DNA of 64,000 nt from a virus. Its lineage: Duplodnaviria > Caudoviricetes. Both the position numbers and the translations under genes were made by a program. The notes beneath the pieces were generated by a model, which was given only the letters and a program-made list of their open reading frames with translations, made no database searches and was not told where the DNA came from. This document shows, piece by piece, positions 8,747 to 19,288 of this stretch (positions are counted from its first letter, which is position 1; every line of letters begins with the position of its first letter). Where the stretch lies: IMG/VR virus record IMGVR_UViG_3300009779_000001, positions 5,527-69,526 of that record; one strand, written 5' to 3'.

Positions 8747-9600
8747 CCGCACCAGTTGCAGATGCACTGCCGTATGGTGTTCGTGACCTGAAGCTGACGC
8801 AGTACACTGATGCGGTCGGCACGGTTCTCGACACTACTTCGGTGGAGCTTCCGTACATTCAGACTCTGAACTTCACTGAAGCGGAAGAGTTTCAGGAGCT
8901 TCGCGGTGATGACAAGCTCATCACCACTCGTGGCCGGGGTGCCCAGGTCAACTGGTCCTTGGAGTCGGGCGGTCTGCCCGTTTCCGCATGGGCCGTGATG
9001 ACCGGCGGGACCATCGTTGAGACTGGCACCACGCCGGATCGCATCGTGGAACTGAAGAAAAAGGCGACCTCAAACCGCCCGTTCTTCCGTATCGACGGCA
9101 AGATCATCTCCGACTCCGGTGGTGACATTCTCGTTCGCATCTACCGTTGCCGTGTGACCGGTGACGTTCAGGCGAACTTCACTGACGGTGAGTTCCAGAC
9201 CTCGCAGATTTCGGGGGTCGGCCTTCCGCTGCTGGACGACACCAATGACCTGATCTACAGCATCTTCCGGCGTGAATCCACCGCTGCGGTGACTCTGACC
9301 CCTGATCCCAACCCGATCCCCTCCCCGCTGAACCTGGCGGCTGGGGCGTTCTCCGGTACCACTCCGACGATCACCCTGGCTTTGACCTGGGATGCGGTGA
9401 CTGGTGCTGACGACTACAAGGTGGAGAAGTCCACTGATGCCGGGTCGAACTGGTCTTCGGCGGGTACCAACCCCACCACCAACAGCATGTCGGTGACTGG
9501 GCTGAGTGCCGGAACGGTCCTCTTCCGCGTTTCGACTGGAATTGATTCGGTGTACTCCGATCCTTGCCCGTCGATTTCGGTGGTACTGTCTGACGAGTGA
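8743..9600 (+). CDS. major tail protein with C-terminal FN3/Ig-like domain
   Basis: LPYGVRDLKLT start, EELRGDD-like motif, RPFFRIDGK; C-terminal LTWDAVTGADDYKVEKS FN3-like segment; followed by tail chaperones. Confidence 0.85.
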   Translation: MTAPVADALPYGVRDLKLTQYTDAVGTVLDTTSVELPYIQTLNFTEAEEFQELRGDDKLITTRGRGAQVNWSLESGGLPVSAWAVMTGGTIVETGTTPDRIVELKKKATSNRPFFRIDGKIISDSGGDILVRIYRCRVTGDVQANFTDGEFQTSQISGVGLPLLDDTNDLIYSIFRRESTAAVTLTPDPNPIPSPLNLAAGAFSGTTPTITLALTWDAVTGADDYKVEKSTDAGSNWSSAGTNPTTNSMSVTGLSAGTVLFRVSTGIDSVYSDPCPSISVVLSDE

Positions 9601-9646
9601 TCGTCATAAAAAAGTGATGTTTTTCTAGGAACCCCAGGAGGTCAAA

Positions 9647-10189
9647 ATGTCAGAAGACAAGTACGCTCTTTCAGAGGCGTGGTCGAATTCCAATGAGTAC
9701 AAGAAACCTTTCGACTACACGCTGGAAAATACCAGGCAGACGGTTCTCTTGCGCCGACTGGATATGGGCGATCTGCTCAAGCTTGGTATTGCTGAAGAGC
9801 TTGATTTCATGTCCAAGGCTCTCTTTGCTGACGACTCTTCGGCTTCGGCTAAAGAGGCTGTCAATACGGCTGTCTTGAAGTCGCAGAATTTCACCAAGAT
9901 GGAGCATATGGTGAATTCTGTGGTGATGGCCGGGGTCATCAAGCCACAGCTTCATGCCATTCCTCTTCACGAGGCTGCACGTCAGCCTGGACTGGTGTAC
10001 GTCGATTCGGTTCCGTTCTCTGATCGGATGGAACTTTTCGGGGTGATCTTCGATAGCGAGGGTCTGTCCACGTTTCGCAAGGAACAAGAAACTGGTGTGG
10101 GAAACGTACCAGATGTGTCAGACGTTCCACTGCCCCCCAACGAGCCTGTGGCAGTTCGACCCGCAGACTCCCAAAGGCTTCTATTTTAA
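9647..10189 (+). CDS. tail assembly chaperone (gpG-like)
   Basis: Between major tail and tape measure; overlapped by a second frame that ends just before the tape measure. Confidence 0.8.
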   Translation: MSEDKYALSEAWSNSNEYKKPFDYTLENTRQTVLLRRLDMGDLLKLGIAEELDFMSKALFADDSSASAKEAVNTAVLKSQNFTKMEHMVNSVVMAGVIKPQLHAIPLHEAARQPGLVYVDSVPFSDRMELFGVIFDSEGLSTFRKEQETGVGNVPDVSDVPLPPNEPVAVRPADSQRLLF

Positions 10190-10445
10190 CCGGGGCGTTT
10201 TCTACTTCGGAAGAAAAATTGAAAATGAGATGCACGAAGCAGAAGAACAGCTTCGGAAGTCTCATAAAAGAGGAAAGGGTACCGACAGACTGATCGCAGC
10301 GGCCAGGTTGTCGGTACTGGAGCGGAATCTTGGAATCGCCGTTAAGCGTCACCGGGAGCCGGATCAAGTTGCAAATACAATGGTGGAGACAAAAGAAAAT
10401 CCAAATCAAGATGAAGTAGTCTTCCTTAAATCTGAATCCGGCTAG
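10074..10445 (+). CDS. tail assembly chaperone extension (gpT-like), in the +1 frame of gpG
   Basis: +1 frame is open 10047-10445 and reads LVWETYQMCQTFHCPPTSLW...GFYFNRGVFYFG; no convincing SD of its own. Confidence 0.7.
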   Translation, partial: FARNKKLVWETYQMCQTFHCPPTSLWQFDPQTPKGFYFNRGVFYFGRKIENEMHEAEEQLRKSHKRGKGTDRLIAAARLSVLERNLGIAVKRHREPDQVANTMVETKENPNQDEVVFLKSESG

Positions 10446-10453
10446 GAGGCGAA

Positions 10454-13400
10454 ATGCCAGATTATGACCTTGGCACAGCCCATGGTCGGATCAAGATTGA
10501 CTACGATGATACCGGCGCAAAGAAAGCAAAAGCCAGCACTTCCGACATAGAGCGGAATATGGAAAAGCTGGATCGCCGTATGGCGCAAATCCAGCGAACA
10601 ATGACTGGCCTTGAGCGGGAACTCAAAAATCTCGCCAATGTTATGCAGCAAGCTGCTGAAGAAACCGGTGACTTTGAAGAAGAAATAGGCGATCTTCACC
10701 ACGGTTTTGGTCGGCTGCACGGTTCTTCCGGTACGGCAGCGCAAGACATGTTGCGTCTTACCAAAAATATGGAAAAAGCTGCGCGAGCAGCGAGAACCAT
10801 TATCCCGCCCATGACGACGCTGCATCAAGTTGTCACCAAATTCCAGGCTGGTAAAGGGGGGTTCGTCGGTTTTCTTCGGGCTTTGGGTGGAACCGGAGTG
10901 GCAAGCCTGGGAATTGGGGTTCTTACCAATCGTTTCCTTAGCTTGAACAAAGCCATGAAAGACGTTCCTCGCTGGCAACAGCAGATTCTCAAGCTGGGCG
11001 GGGCATTGTCCAGTCTTGCAGCGGTAGGGGCTTTTGCTTCTTTCCTTCAGCGGCACACAACGGGTTCTAATCTTTTTTCCAAGAGTTTGCAGTCGGTATC
11101 GCGGCACAGTCGAATTGCTACGAACACGATGAAAAATTTGGCTCAGGCAAATGATAAGGTGCTGTTCAGTCTGAGAAACGCTGGCGGGGCCATGAATAAC
11201 ATGGCAAGGGGCATTTACCAGTCTGTTTCCGGTTTGGCGGTAATGAAGCTGGGCCTCAATTCTTTAACTTCTCGTTTTGGGAAACTTGGGCGAATTACTA
11301 AGTTGGTTCTGCTCAGTCTTGGGGCGTTGGGTGCCCTTGGCCCAGCAGCCTTGGAAGCTCTCAACAAAGCTTTGACCGTTACCTCTAATCTGGTTGCCGG
11401 ATTGTGGAACGGCATTAAACAGCTATCGGGTGGTTTCTTGGCCCTTCCGGCTGCCATCTCCATGGTGATCGCCAGCTTCAGCACTCTTGGCGTGGTCTTC
11501 AAGGGAATCGGCGAAAAGTTCGGGGATATCACTCAAGGCGGCGAAGAGGCTTTGGCTGCTCTCTTCGCCCTCCCCCCGCATCTTCAGAAGATGGGTCGAG
11601 CAATCTACATGCTCATGCCCAAGCTTCGGGAGTTCCAAACTCAAATTCAAAAGGCTTTTGACTTTGACCGTGCGGCAGATGAACTTAATCGCTTGGCAAC
11701 AGCGTATCTGCCGAAACTCCAAAGCGGGATGATTGGGGTTGCCTCTGCCTTTAAGTCAGGTAGGGCACGGCTCGTTGAGTTTTTAGAGGAAGCTCAAACT
11801 CTTCAAGATACAGAGCGAATGTTTTCGCTTACGTCCCGAACTCTTCAAAATTTTAACTACACAATCAAGCCATTGGCTCGTGGCCTCAAGGACATTTCCC
11901 TTGCTGGCGCAGAGTTTATTAATGTTTTGTCTGCTGGTCTTCCAGGTTTGTCACAAAAGTTTTCGGAGTGGGCGAGGGTTAACCGCGAAAACGGGAATTT
12001 GACCCGCTGGATGAAAGAGTCTTGGATCGGGGTTAAAGACCTGACCAAAGGTATGCGTGACCTTATCAAGGCAACGTATACGCTTCTCACTCTTTTCGCC
12101 ACTAACGATGGCAGTAATTTCCTTGAGCGTTTCGCTAACGCTATGGCTCGGTTCAACAAAACAGTGACCGACAGCGCAGCCAGCGGGACGTTGAAGAAAA
12201 TCGGTGATGCCGTTCGCAATATGGGAACAGAGCATATCGAAACCTTTAAAGACGTTATGCGCTCTGTTATTGATGCTTTTGAAGAAGCATGGCCGGTCAT
12301 CAAGCAGTTCTCTAGTGCCGTCAGTGACGTGATGGTTCCCGCCATTAAATTGGCCCTTCAAATTCTTGAGCTTATTTTTGCTGGTCTTGAGAACAGTCCG
12401 ATTGCGAAAGTTATTGGTTGGGTCGGCGGTCTTGCCGCTGCCTTTGTGGCCCTCAAGTACATTCTTGGTCCGTTGCGGAATATCATTCAAATCAGCGCGG
12501 GAGCTTTTACTCTCTACAAGGGTGCTCAGAACATTATTCTTTCATTAGTTGGCTCTTTGGAGACTATGGGAGATGCTGGCAAAAAAGCCGCAAACAAACT
12601 GTCAAGCGTTGGCGACAGCATTGCCAAGTTTGCCTCTAGGGCTGGAATTGTTGCCCTAGTTATCGCCGGTATTTATTCAGGGATCGACGGGGCCAAGGCC
12701 AAAATCAAATCATTTGACGACGTTCTCAAGAACAGTGAAAAGGGACTCAAGGACTGGGGTGAAGGTTTTCGGAAAGCCTTCATAGCTGACCGTGGTGTTG
12801 GCTCCAATGTTTTGTCTCATGTCACCGAAGGCGTTGGCATGATGCAGGCCAACCTTGAGGCAAAAGCCAGGGAACTTCCTAATCTTTGGGACCACATCAC
12901 CAGCATTTTTGATGAGGGTGCTATCCAGGGCAGCGCAGTCGGTGGTGGGTTTAAGTTTGGGCAAAGCGAAGCGTTTAATCAGGGTCAAAAAATGGCTCAA
13001 GACGCTGAGCAAGCGATCAAGGCTTTTGAAAGACTGGGGTATTCAACAGAAGACCTGACAAGAATAGTTTCAGGCACCCCAGAGTATTTCAAAGCAATGA
13101 CCAACCACATCAGAAAATCTGGTGATGGTGGCAATGAAGCGGCAAATGAGCTTCAAAGGCTTCGTAATGAATTCCTGGCAATCCAAGAAGCTTCAGAAAA
13201 ACTTGGCCCTGGAAAACTTCAGGTGGTCGAAGGTCTGAAGCAGATCGCGGAGGCAGCGGGAGACTCTGACAAGAAGCTCAATGGACTGAAAAACGTCCTA
13301 GAGGGTCTTGGCTTGATTCAGACCTCTGCACTTCAAGCTTCCGCAGAGTATGCAGAGAGCATTCGTGACCTTTCTCAAAACCTGCAAGAAGCTATTTCTT

Positions 13401-16400
13401 CTGGTGGTGGGTTAACTAACATCATTGATGCCCAGACTGGGGCTATTGACGTAACCACTCGAGCTGGTAAAAACCTTCTTGACGTTCTTGCACCGGTAGC
13501 GGAACAGTACCTCAATCTTGTTTCAAAGGGCGAGAATGCTGAAGAAGCTTTCCAGAAATTCCAGACTGCACTCGTTAATGGAGCCAAGGCTGCCGGGGCC
13601 AATGTAGAGGCTATTCAGCGACTGGCAGAACAGCTTGGTCTTGTTGATCCAGAAAAGCTGGGAACCAAACTTCAAGAACTGCTTAATGGTGGTGATAAAG
13701 AACTTCTCATCAGACTTGGTATTGACGAAGAAACCATCAAAAAGATTCAGGAGCAGCTTCAAAGCTCTGGAATCACCATTACCCCAGAAGTTAATCTGGA
13801 TGGCAACAAAGGCAACAAAGACGGTTCAAAAGACAACAAACTAAAGTCTGAAGTTGAACAAAATATTTCTGAGGCAGAAAAAAGTCTGCGTGAGTTTACC
13901 GATCATGCTCAGGATGAAATCGACAAAACCGCTGCTGACGCTTATGTTTCCGGCAGCAAGTTCGCCGCTGAGCTTGCACGAGGTATGCGGGAGAACAAGA
14001 GCCAGATTGATTCCGCAGCAGGGCTACTCGCCGGTACGGCTCTGGGCTACTTCCACCAGTCACCACCGAAAGAGGGGCCGCTTGCCAAGCACGGTGACGC
14101 TGTTCTCTATGCAGGCAAGCAGTTCAGCGGCCAGTATGCAGAGGGCATCACCGAAAAGACCGGTGACGTTCGGGGTGCCGCCAGCTACATGGCCGGTCAG
14201 GCAATCGGCGGGACCAGCACTGGTAACAGCGGCATCTCCCAGGTGGGTCGATACCTTGGTCAACTTTTTGATATTGCTGAAATAGCCCAGCGTGTCAACG
14301 ATATCTTCAGCAAGGTTTCCAGCACTGTTTTTGAAGCTTTCCGATTCATCTCTGACCCGCTGGGCAAGGGCACATTCTTCGGCAAGAATACTTACTCCAA
14401 GACGGTTAGCGACGAACAGCTTGCTGCACAGCGTAACCTTCAGGCTCAACAAGATTTGTTCGGTATCGCGGGGGGAGCGCAGCGCAACATTACTAACTGG
14501 GAGAAGCGCGGTCAGCTTCTTCAGGGTGCCCCAAAGAATGATGTTGTTTCGGCTATCGTTGCAGAAGGTCAACGTCGTGGACTGAACCAAGAGCAGATCG
14601 TTGCTGCAATCGCCACCGCAGGGCACGAATCCAGTTATGGACAAAATACAGTTGGAAAGGGCCATGGAGCTTTTCTTCCTGGCGGTGGAAAAGGAACGGC
14701 GTATGGGGTTTTCCAACAGACCCCTGAAGGTGGATGGGTACACCAGAACAGCTTCTCGACCCCAATTTCGCTATCAACGCTTTCTACGACAAGTATCAGC
14801 AAAACCTTGCCAAGGGTCTGAGTCCACTTAACGCAGCGGTCTACACTCAAAATCCGCAACTGGGAACTAACGCTGCTGGGACCGAATACGGGTCAATTAC
14901 AGGAAACTTTATTAACGAAGCGCGGGGTCTTTACGGCCAAGCTATTGCAGGTCAGCCTGGGATATTGGGGGCAATGAATGGATTCACCCCAAGCGGAGGA
15001 TTGCCACCTATAGGTACGGCTTCTGGCCCCATCGAATTGTTTGGGGCACACGATCAGTTTAGCGTTGCAGCGCAAATTGCTTCTGGCTTCGGTGTGAGAT
15101 TTGGTACTGGAGCAACAAACCATAGTATTGACAATGGTTTTCACCCGTCTGGTCAAGCCGGTGATTTTAATGGGACACCGGAACAATTGGCTTCTTTTGC
15201 ACAAGCAATGATGAGTAACTTTGCCCCTTATATAAGAGAGTTAATTTTTGAGGGGCCAGGGATTAGCTCTAATGTTTACAACGGACAGCTTGTTCCGGCG
15301 ATTGACATGGCGGGTAGTCCTTACAATACGGGGCAAGCTGGATACCATGGCGACCATGTTCATATAGCAATTCTTGATGAAATGGCCCAGGCTTTTGCGA
15401 ATGCCGCCGTTCATGGTGGGGTGCAAATCCCAACCCAACAACAGCGACGGTTGCCAACATTTCTTGACCCTTATTCTGGTGGAGATACCAACCAAATCAT
15501 CATTCAAAGAAACCCTGACGGTACCTATAGTCAGACTGCGCCCCATGGCGAGAAGCAGGGGGCGGCACCAGGACCAAATAACATTAACGAACTTACTGAA
15601 AAGCCCTATACAGAAGAAGAAAAAGCAAAAATTCTTGCAGAAAATCCATTAGAGTTCACTCTGCCAGAGGGTATGACTTTTGAAAGGTTCCAACAGCTAC
15701 AACAAGATAAGAATAATTTCTTCTTCGGAACTGAAAAAGAATTCCAAGATCAGTTAAGTAAGAACCCCGCTGTTGCTGCTGCTTACGGCGCACAGGCGGG
15801 AGGGTACTCAACGCTATCCGATCCGGCTTCTACATTGGAAAGCTTGGACCTGGAAATCAATCGTTTGCGTGGCCAGAACACTCCGCAATCGTTGGCCGGG
15901 GCAAGTCAACTGGAATCTCTCAAGAGCGACATAATGGCTCAGACCGGGTACACCCAGGACGCAAATCCCATTGACGCTGTTTCGGGTTTGGTGGCGGGGG
16001 CCAGTGGTGTTGCCTCTAGCATCATTGCCTCCGTAACTTCTGGGCTTGAAAGTGTTGCTGCCACCAAAAACATCACCGGTATCCTGACCAGAAACGTTGC
16101 CAACACTGAAGATGTCTACAACATGGTGGACAATATTCAAAAGTACCTGGAATTTGCCGCGAACATTGCCGGGTCTGTTGCCAATGTCAGTGGTGTAGTC
16201 GCCTCTGTGATTGCGGCTGCTGGCGGGGCCGACCCATCCGGCGGGGCTTCTGGGGCAGCGACGGCGGTAGCAGCGGTATCGGCTATCGCTTCCGGCGTGC
16301 AGGCGGGAATCGAAACCACCAACGCCATCATTGACCTTGGGCAGTTGGTTTACCGGATCGCCGGAACTTATGTCGGAGATTTCCTGGGGTATTTGACTGG

Positions 16401-16665
16401 CGGTGCTGGTGGACAATTGGCCGGGAACGTCAAGTTCTTGCTCGACCAGGAAACCAATCAACTCCTTGCTTATAGCGCAGAAAATCCGTTGGATAAAAGG
16501 GCGCATACTGTCCCGTTCAGTGGCGGGGCAAACCCTGATGCCAGGAGTCAGTTGATTGGTAACATCAACGTGTACGGTGGCCCCGGCTCTGACCCAAGGG
16601 ATTTGACGAGAAATATGATGTTCCAAGTTAATTCTGCACAGTATGCGGGAGCGTTAGCCTCGTGA
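10454..16665 (+). CDS. tape measure protein (~2070 aa) with C-terminal muralytic-like domains, split by a -1 frameshift at ~14736-14738
   Basis: YDLGTAHGRIKIDYD start and long helical Ala/Gly/Leu body. One extra G at TGG|GGT gives QQTPEGGWGTPEQLLDPNFAINAFY, joining the two ORFs. Confidence 0.9.
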
Positions 16666-17516
16666 CCGAACTTCTTCCAGGGCAGTATCAAATCGGTGGC
16701 ATTACTATCGGTAGGCATACTAATGTCGTCGTAGAAAACTTTGACGCGAAACCGTATGAAGTTAACGCGCAGGACTATCAACTTCCTCGCTCTGATGAAA
16801 TTCGCTTTGGCTTTGATCACTTTAAGCCAACAAGCGTCGAAATTCAGATGCAGGTTATCTACAATTACCAGCTTCCACCTTTTGAGAATATAGCCCTTCC
16901 AGATTTCTGGATCAACGCTGTAACGGTTGAAGACTTGGCTTCGGTGTGGCGGGGAGACAGTGTTCGTTCCCAATGGGGAGCCATGATGCCTTTGTATTTT
17001 TGTGACAGAAGCGGCATCACAAAAATAATTTACGGTAGGCCAGGGTCTTTTGCTTCGGAAAAAGTTTCTGAGAAGTCAACGCTGGTCAAGTGTGTTGGGG
17101 AATTCCGTAGAGCAGATACTTTGACTTACGATGTAGAAGAAGAAACTATTTCCCTTACTACGGGGCAGAGTAAACTTCTCACCAATAACACTAATGAATA
17201 TGCTTGGGTGAGAATTGTCGGTTCTAATGGAGCTTCTAACCCCACCTTGAACTTTGGCGGTATTCATATATCTGTCAACCTCACCCTCACTACTGGGCAA
17301 AGCTTTGAAATCAGTTCCTACCCATGGCAGCGTCGAGCAATTCTCAGTGACGGCACTAACATTCGTAATCTCATCAGCAATACTGCTGCCGACGACAATA
17401 TTCTTTACCTGGATCAGCTATATGTACCGCCGCAGACTTCCCTGACGCTAAGCTATACCTCTGGTGGAGGAACGATGTATGTCATCACTCAGGGTGCCAC
17501 GACAGGGGTTATCTAA
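16662..17516 (+). CDS. minor tail protein (distal tail/Dit-like)
   Basis: Immediately after the tape measure; GTGA overlap. Confidence 0.7.
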   Translation: MTELLPGQYQIGGITIGRHTNVVVENFDAKPYEVNAQDYQLPRSDEIRFGFDHFKPTSVEIQMQVIYNYQLPPFENIALPDFWINAVTVEDLASVWRGDSVRSQWGAMMPLYFCDRSGITKIIYGRPGSFASEKVSEKSTLVKCVGEFRRADTLTYDVEEETISLTTGQSKLLTNNTNEYAWVRIVGSNGASNPTLNFGGIHISVNLTLTTGQSFEISSYPWQRRAILSDGTNIRNLISNTAADDNILYLDQLYVPPQTSLTLSYTSGGGTMYVITQGATTGVI

Positions 17517-19288
17517 TGCCATGGGGGGTGAGAGACAGAATTAGATTCATGGTTTACAAAGCCAATGAAACTATGTCTGACTCAAACCCAAATGCTCTCC
17601 TTTCCGCAGACCTTGTTGTTGTAGAACCCGAAGTCAGAATTTCTCTTTCTGCCCCTAGCCATTGCGCCTTCAAGATTCCCATGGGTGAGCAGTATGGCAG
17701 CGCAGCGGGGATTAACTGGAAAGCATGGGGCCAGTGGATTATCCCCTCCATCAACCTCAATGGTGTTACCACTTACCTTGGGGCGCAGCTTGTGAACAAG
17801 GTCACCGTTGACCCTAAAAGTGGTGATCTGGCAATCGAAGGCTTGGGGTTCATGGGGTACCCCAAGGGCATTCCCTGGCTTGAGGACTACAACCCCATTG
17901 CTGTTGACCCCGCTGAAGTCATCCAGAAAATATGGGCACACGCCCAGTCATTTGATAACGCCAATCTTGGGGTGAGTGTGCAGCCATCTGAAACTGGCAC
18001 ACAAATGCTTCCCGGCTATAGTTTCGACGGCTCTATTTTGAGCTTCGATTTTTTTGCCATGTTTATTCGTGCGGTGGACTTTAACGATTGTGGCGACGTT
18101 ATCACCAGTATTGCCAGGGACATTCCACTGGACATGATTGAAAACGTCTATAAAGACGGTGAACATCTCGTCAAGACGCTACAGCTTGGCTACCCGTATC
18201 TCGGAGTAGTTCAGGAAAACTTGAACTTCGTTGTTGGAGAAAACATTGTCGCCGGTGAACTGTCAGAGGAAAGAGAGATTTCCGCAGTTTCAGATGTGAT
18301 TGTTAGGGGGTGGAGGCCGGGAAAGGTCTATTCCTCCCAGTTGTCAAACAAATATGACGCTGACGACATGAAAGATATTGAAGCTCTGGAAGATGCGTGG
18401 AACCAAGCTCATCCCACACCGGGGCCGGGAGAGGTTTTCACTCACGACACCACACCTTCCCGCGTGAGGCGGGTGGTCATGGAGGAAGACGCTTATCTGG
18501 ACTCCACTGAACGAGCCGCTGCTTGGGCAAAAAGGAAGCTCACCCGGCGACAGATTCCTCATTCGTTCAGCAAAATCAATATCGACCCCAGCCACCCCAA
18601 TGCCCTTCTCGGAACTTTCTGGCTGGGAGACAGTATTTATGTAGAGGCTCCTAACTATCCTTGGACCGGGGATATTGCTGAGTGGCATCGTGTTACAGCA
18701 ATGACCTTCAAGGATGATGAGCCGATTATGGAGCTTGAATTGAAGGTGGAGGGTGCCTTCAATTTTGACCCCATCGAATACGATCCTAATTACGAAGAAC
18801 AACCCACGGCAGACGTTAACCTGCTATCCAATGGTTACTTCAACACCAACCGTGGCGGGTGGTATGCCAGACAAGGGCAGTGGTTCAGGGTCGGCAATGA
18901 TGGCAGAACCGCACCGGGCTGTGTTCGGATTGACTGCGACGATGGTGCAGAGTATCTAGAGTCGCACAAAATGGGGGTTGATCCCGGTGCCACGATTAAT
19001 CTCACCGCTTGGATGAAGCATCAAGAGGTTAACGTAACAGGAAGTATTGATCCACCTAACAATGGCTTCTGGATTGGGGTGACCGAATACTACAACGGCG
19101 GGGAAGTCAATCCTCTTACCTGGGTTGCTGGCGATCTTTTCCCATCAGGCACGGCAGGGTGGACAGAGATAGCTGGTTCACATATTGTTTCTTCTGAAGG
19201 TGTCAACGAGATAACGATGACATTGTGCGTCACGGCAATAGCCGGTGGAATCGCCTTCTGGGATGACGTGAAAGTGACGGTGGGATGA
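17516..19288 (+). CDS. minor tail/baseplate hub protein with C-terminal carbohydrate-binding-like module
   Basis: Synteny; C-terminal NLLSNGYF...W...FWDDVKV pattern of CBM-like jelly rolls. Confidence 0.7.
   Translation: MPWGVRDRIRFMVYKANETMSDSNPNALLSADLVVVEPEVRISLSAPSHCAFKIPMGEQYGSAAGINWKAWGQWIIPSINLNGVTTYLGAQLVNKVTVDPKSGDLAIEGLGFMGYPKGIPWLEDYNPIAVDPAEVIQKIWAHAQSFDNANLGVSVQPSETGTQMLPGYSFDGSILSFDFFAMFIRAVDFNDCGDVITSIARDIPLDMIENVYKDGEHLVKTLQLGYPYLGVVQENLNFVVGENIVAGELSEEREISAVSDVIVRGWRPGKVYSSQLSNKYDADDMKDIEALEDAWNQAHPTPGPGEVFTHDTTPSRVRRVVMEEDAYLDSTERAAAWAKRKLTRRQIPHSFSKINIDPSHPNALLGTFWLGDSIYVEAPNYPWTGDIAEWHRVTAMTFKDDEPIMELELKVEGAFNFDPIEYDPNYEEQPTADVNLLSNGYFNTNRGGWYARQGQWFRVGNDGRTAPGCVRIDCDDGAEYLESHKMGVDPGATINLTAWMKHQEVNVTGSIDPPNNGFWIGVTEYYNGGEVNPLTWVAGDLFPSGTAGWTEIAGSHIVSSEGVNEITMTLCVTAIAGGIAFWDDVKVTVG

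Noticed and set aside
10099-10105. G GGA AAC canonical -1 slippery heptamer in the tail chaperone
   Set aside because: A -1 shift enters a frame that stops at 10291-10293 and is not gpT-like. The gpT-like frame is +1, and its conserved W lies across the heptamer.
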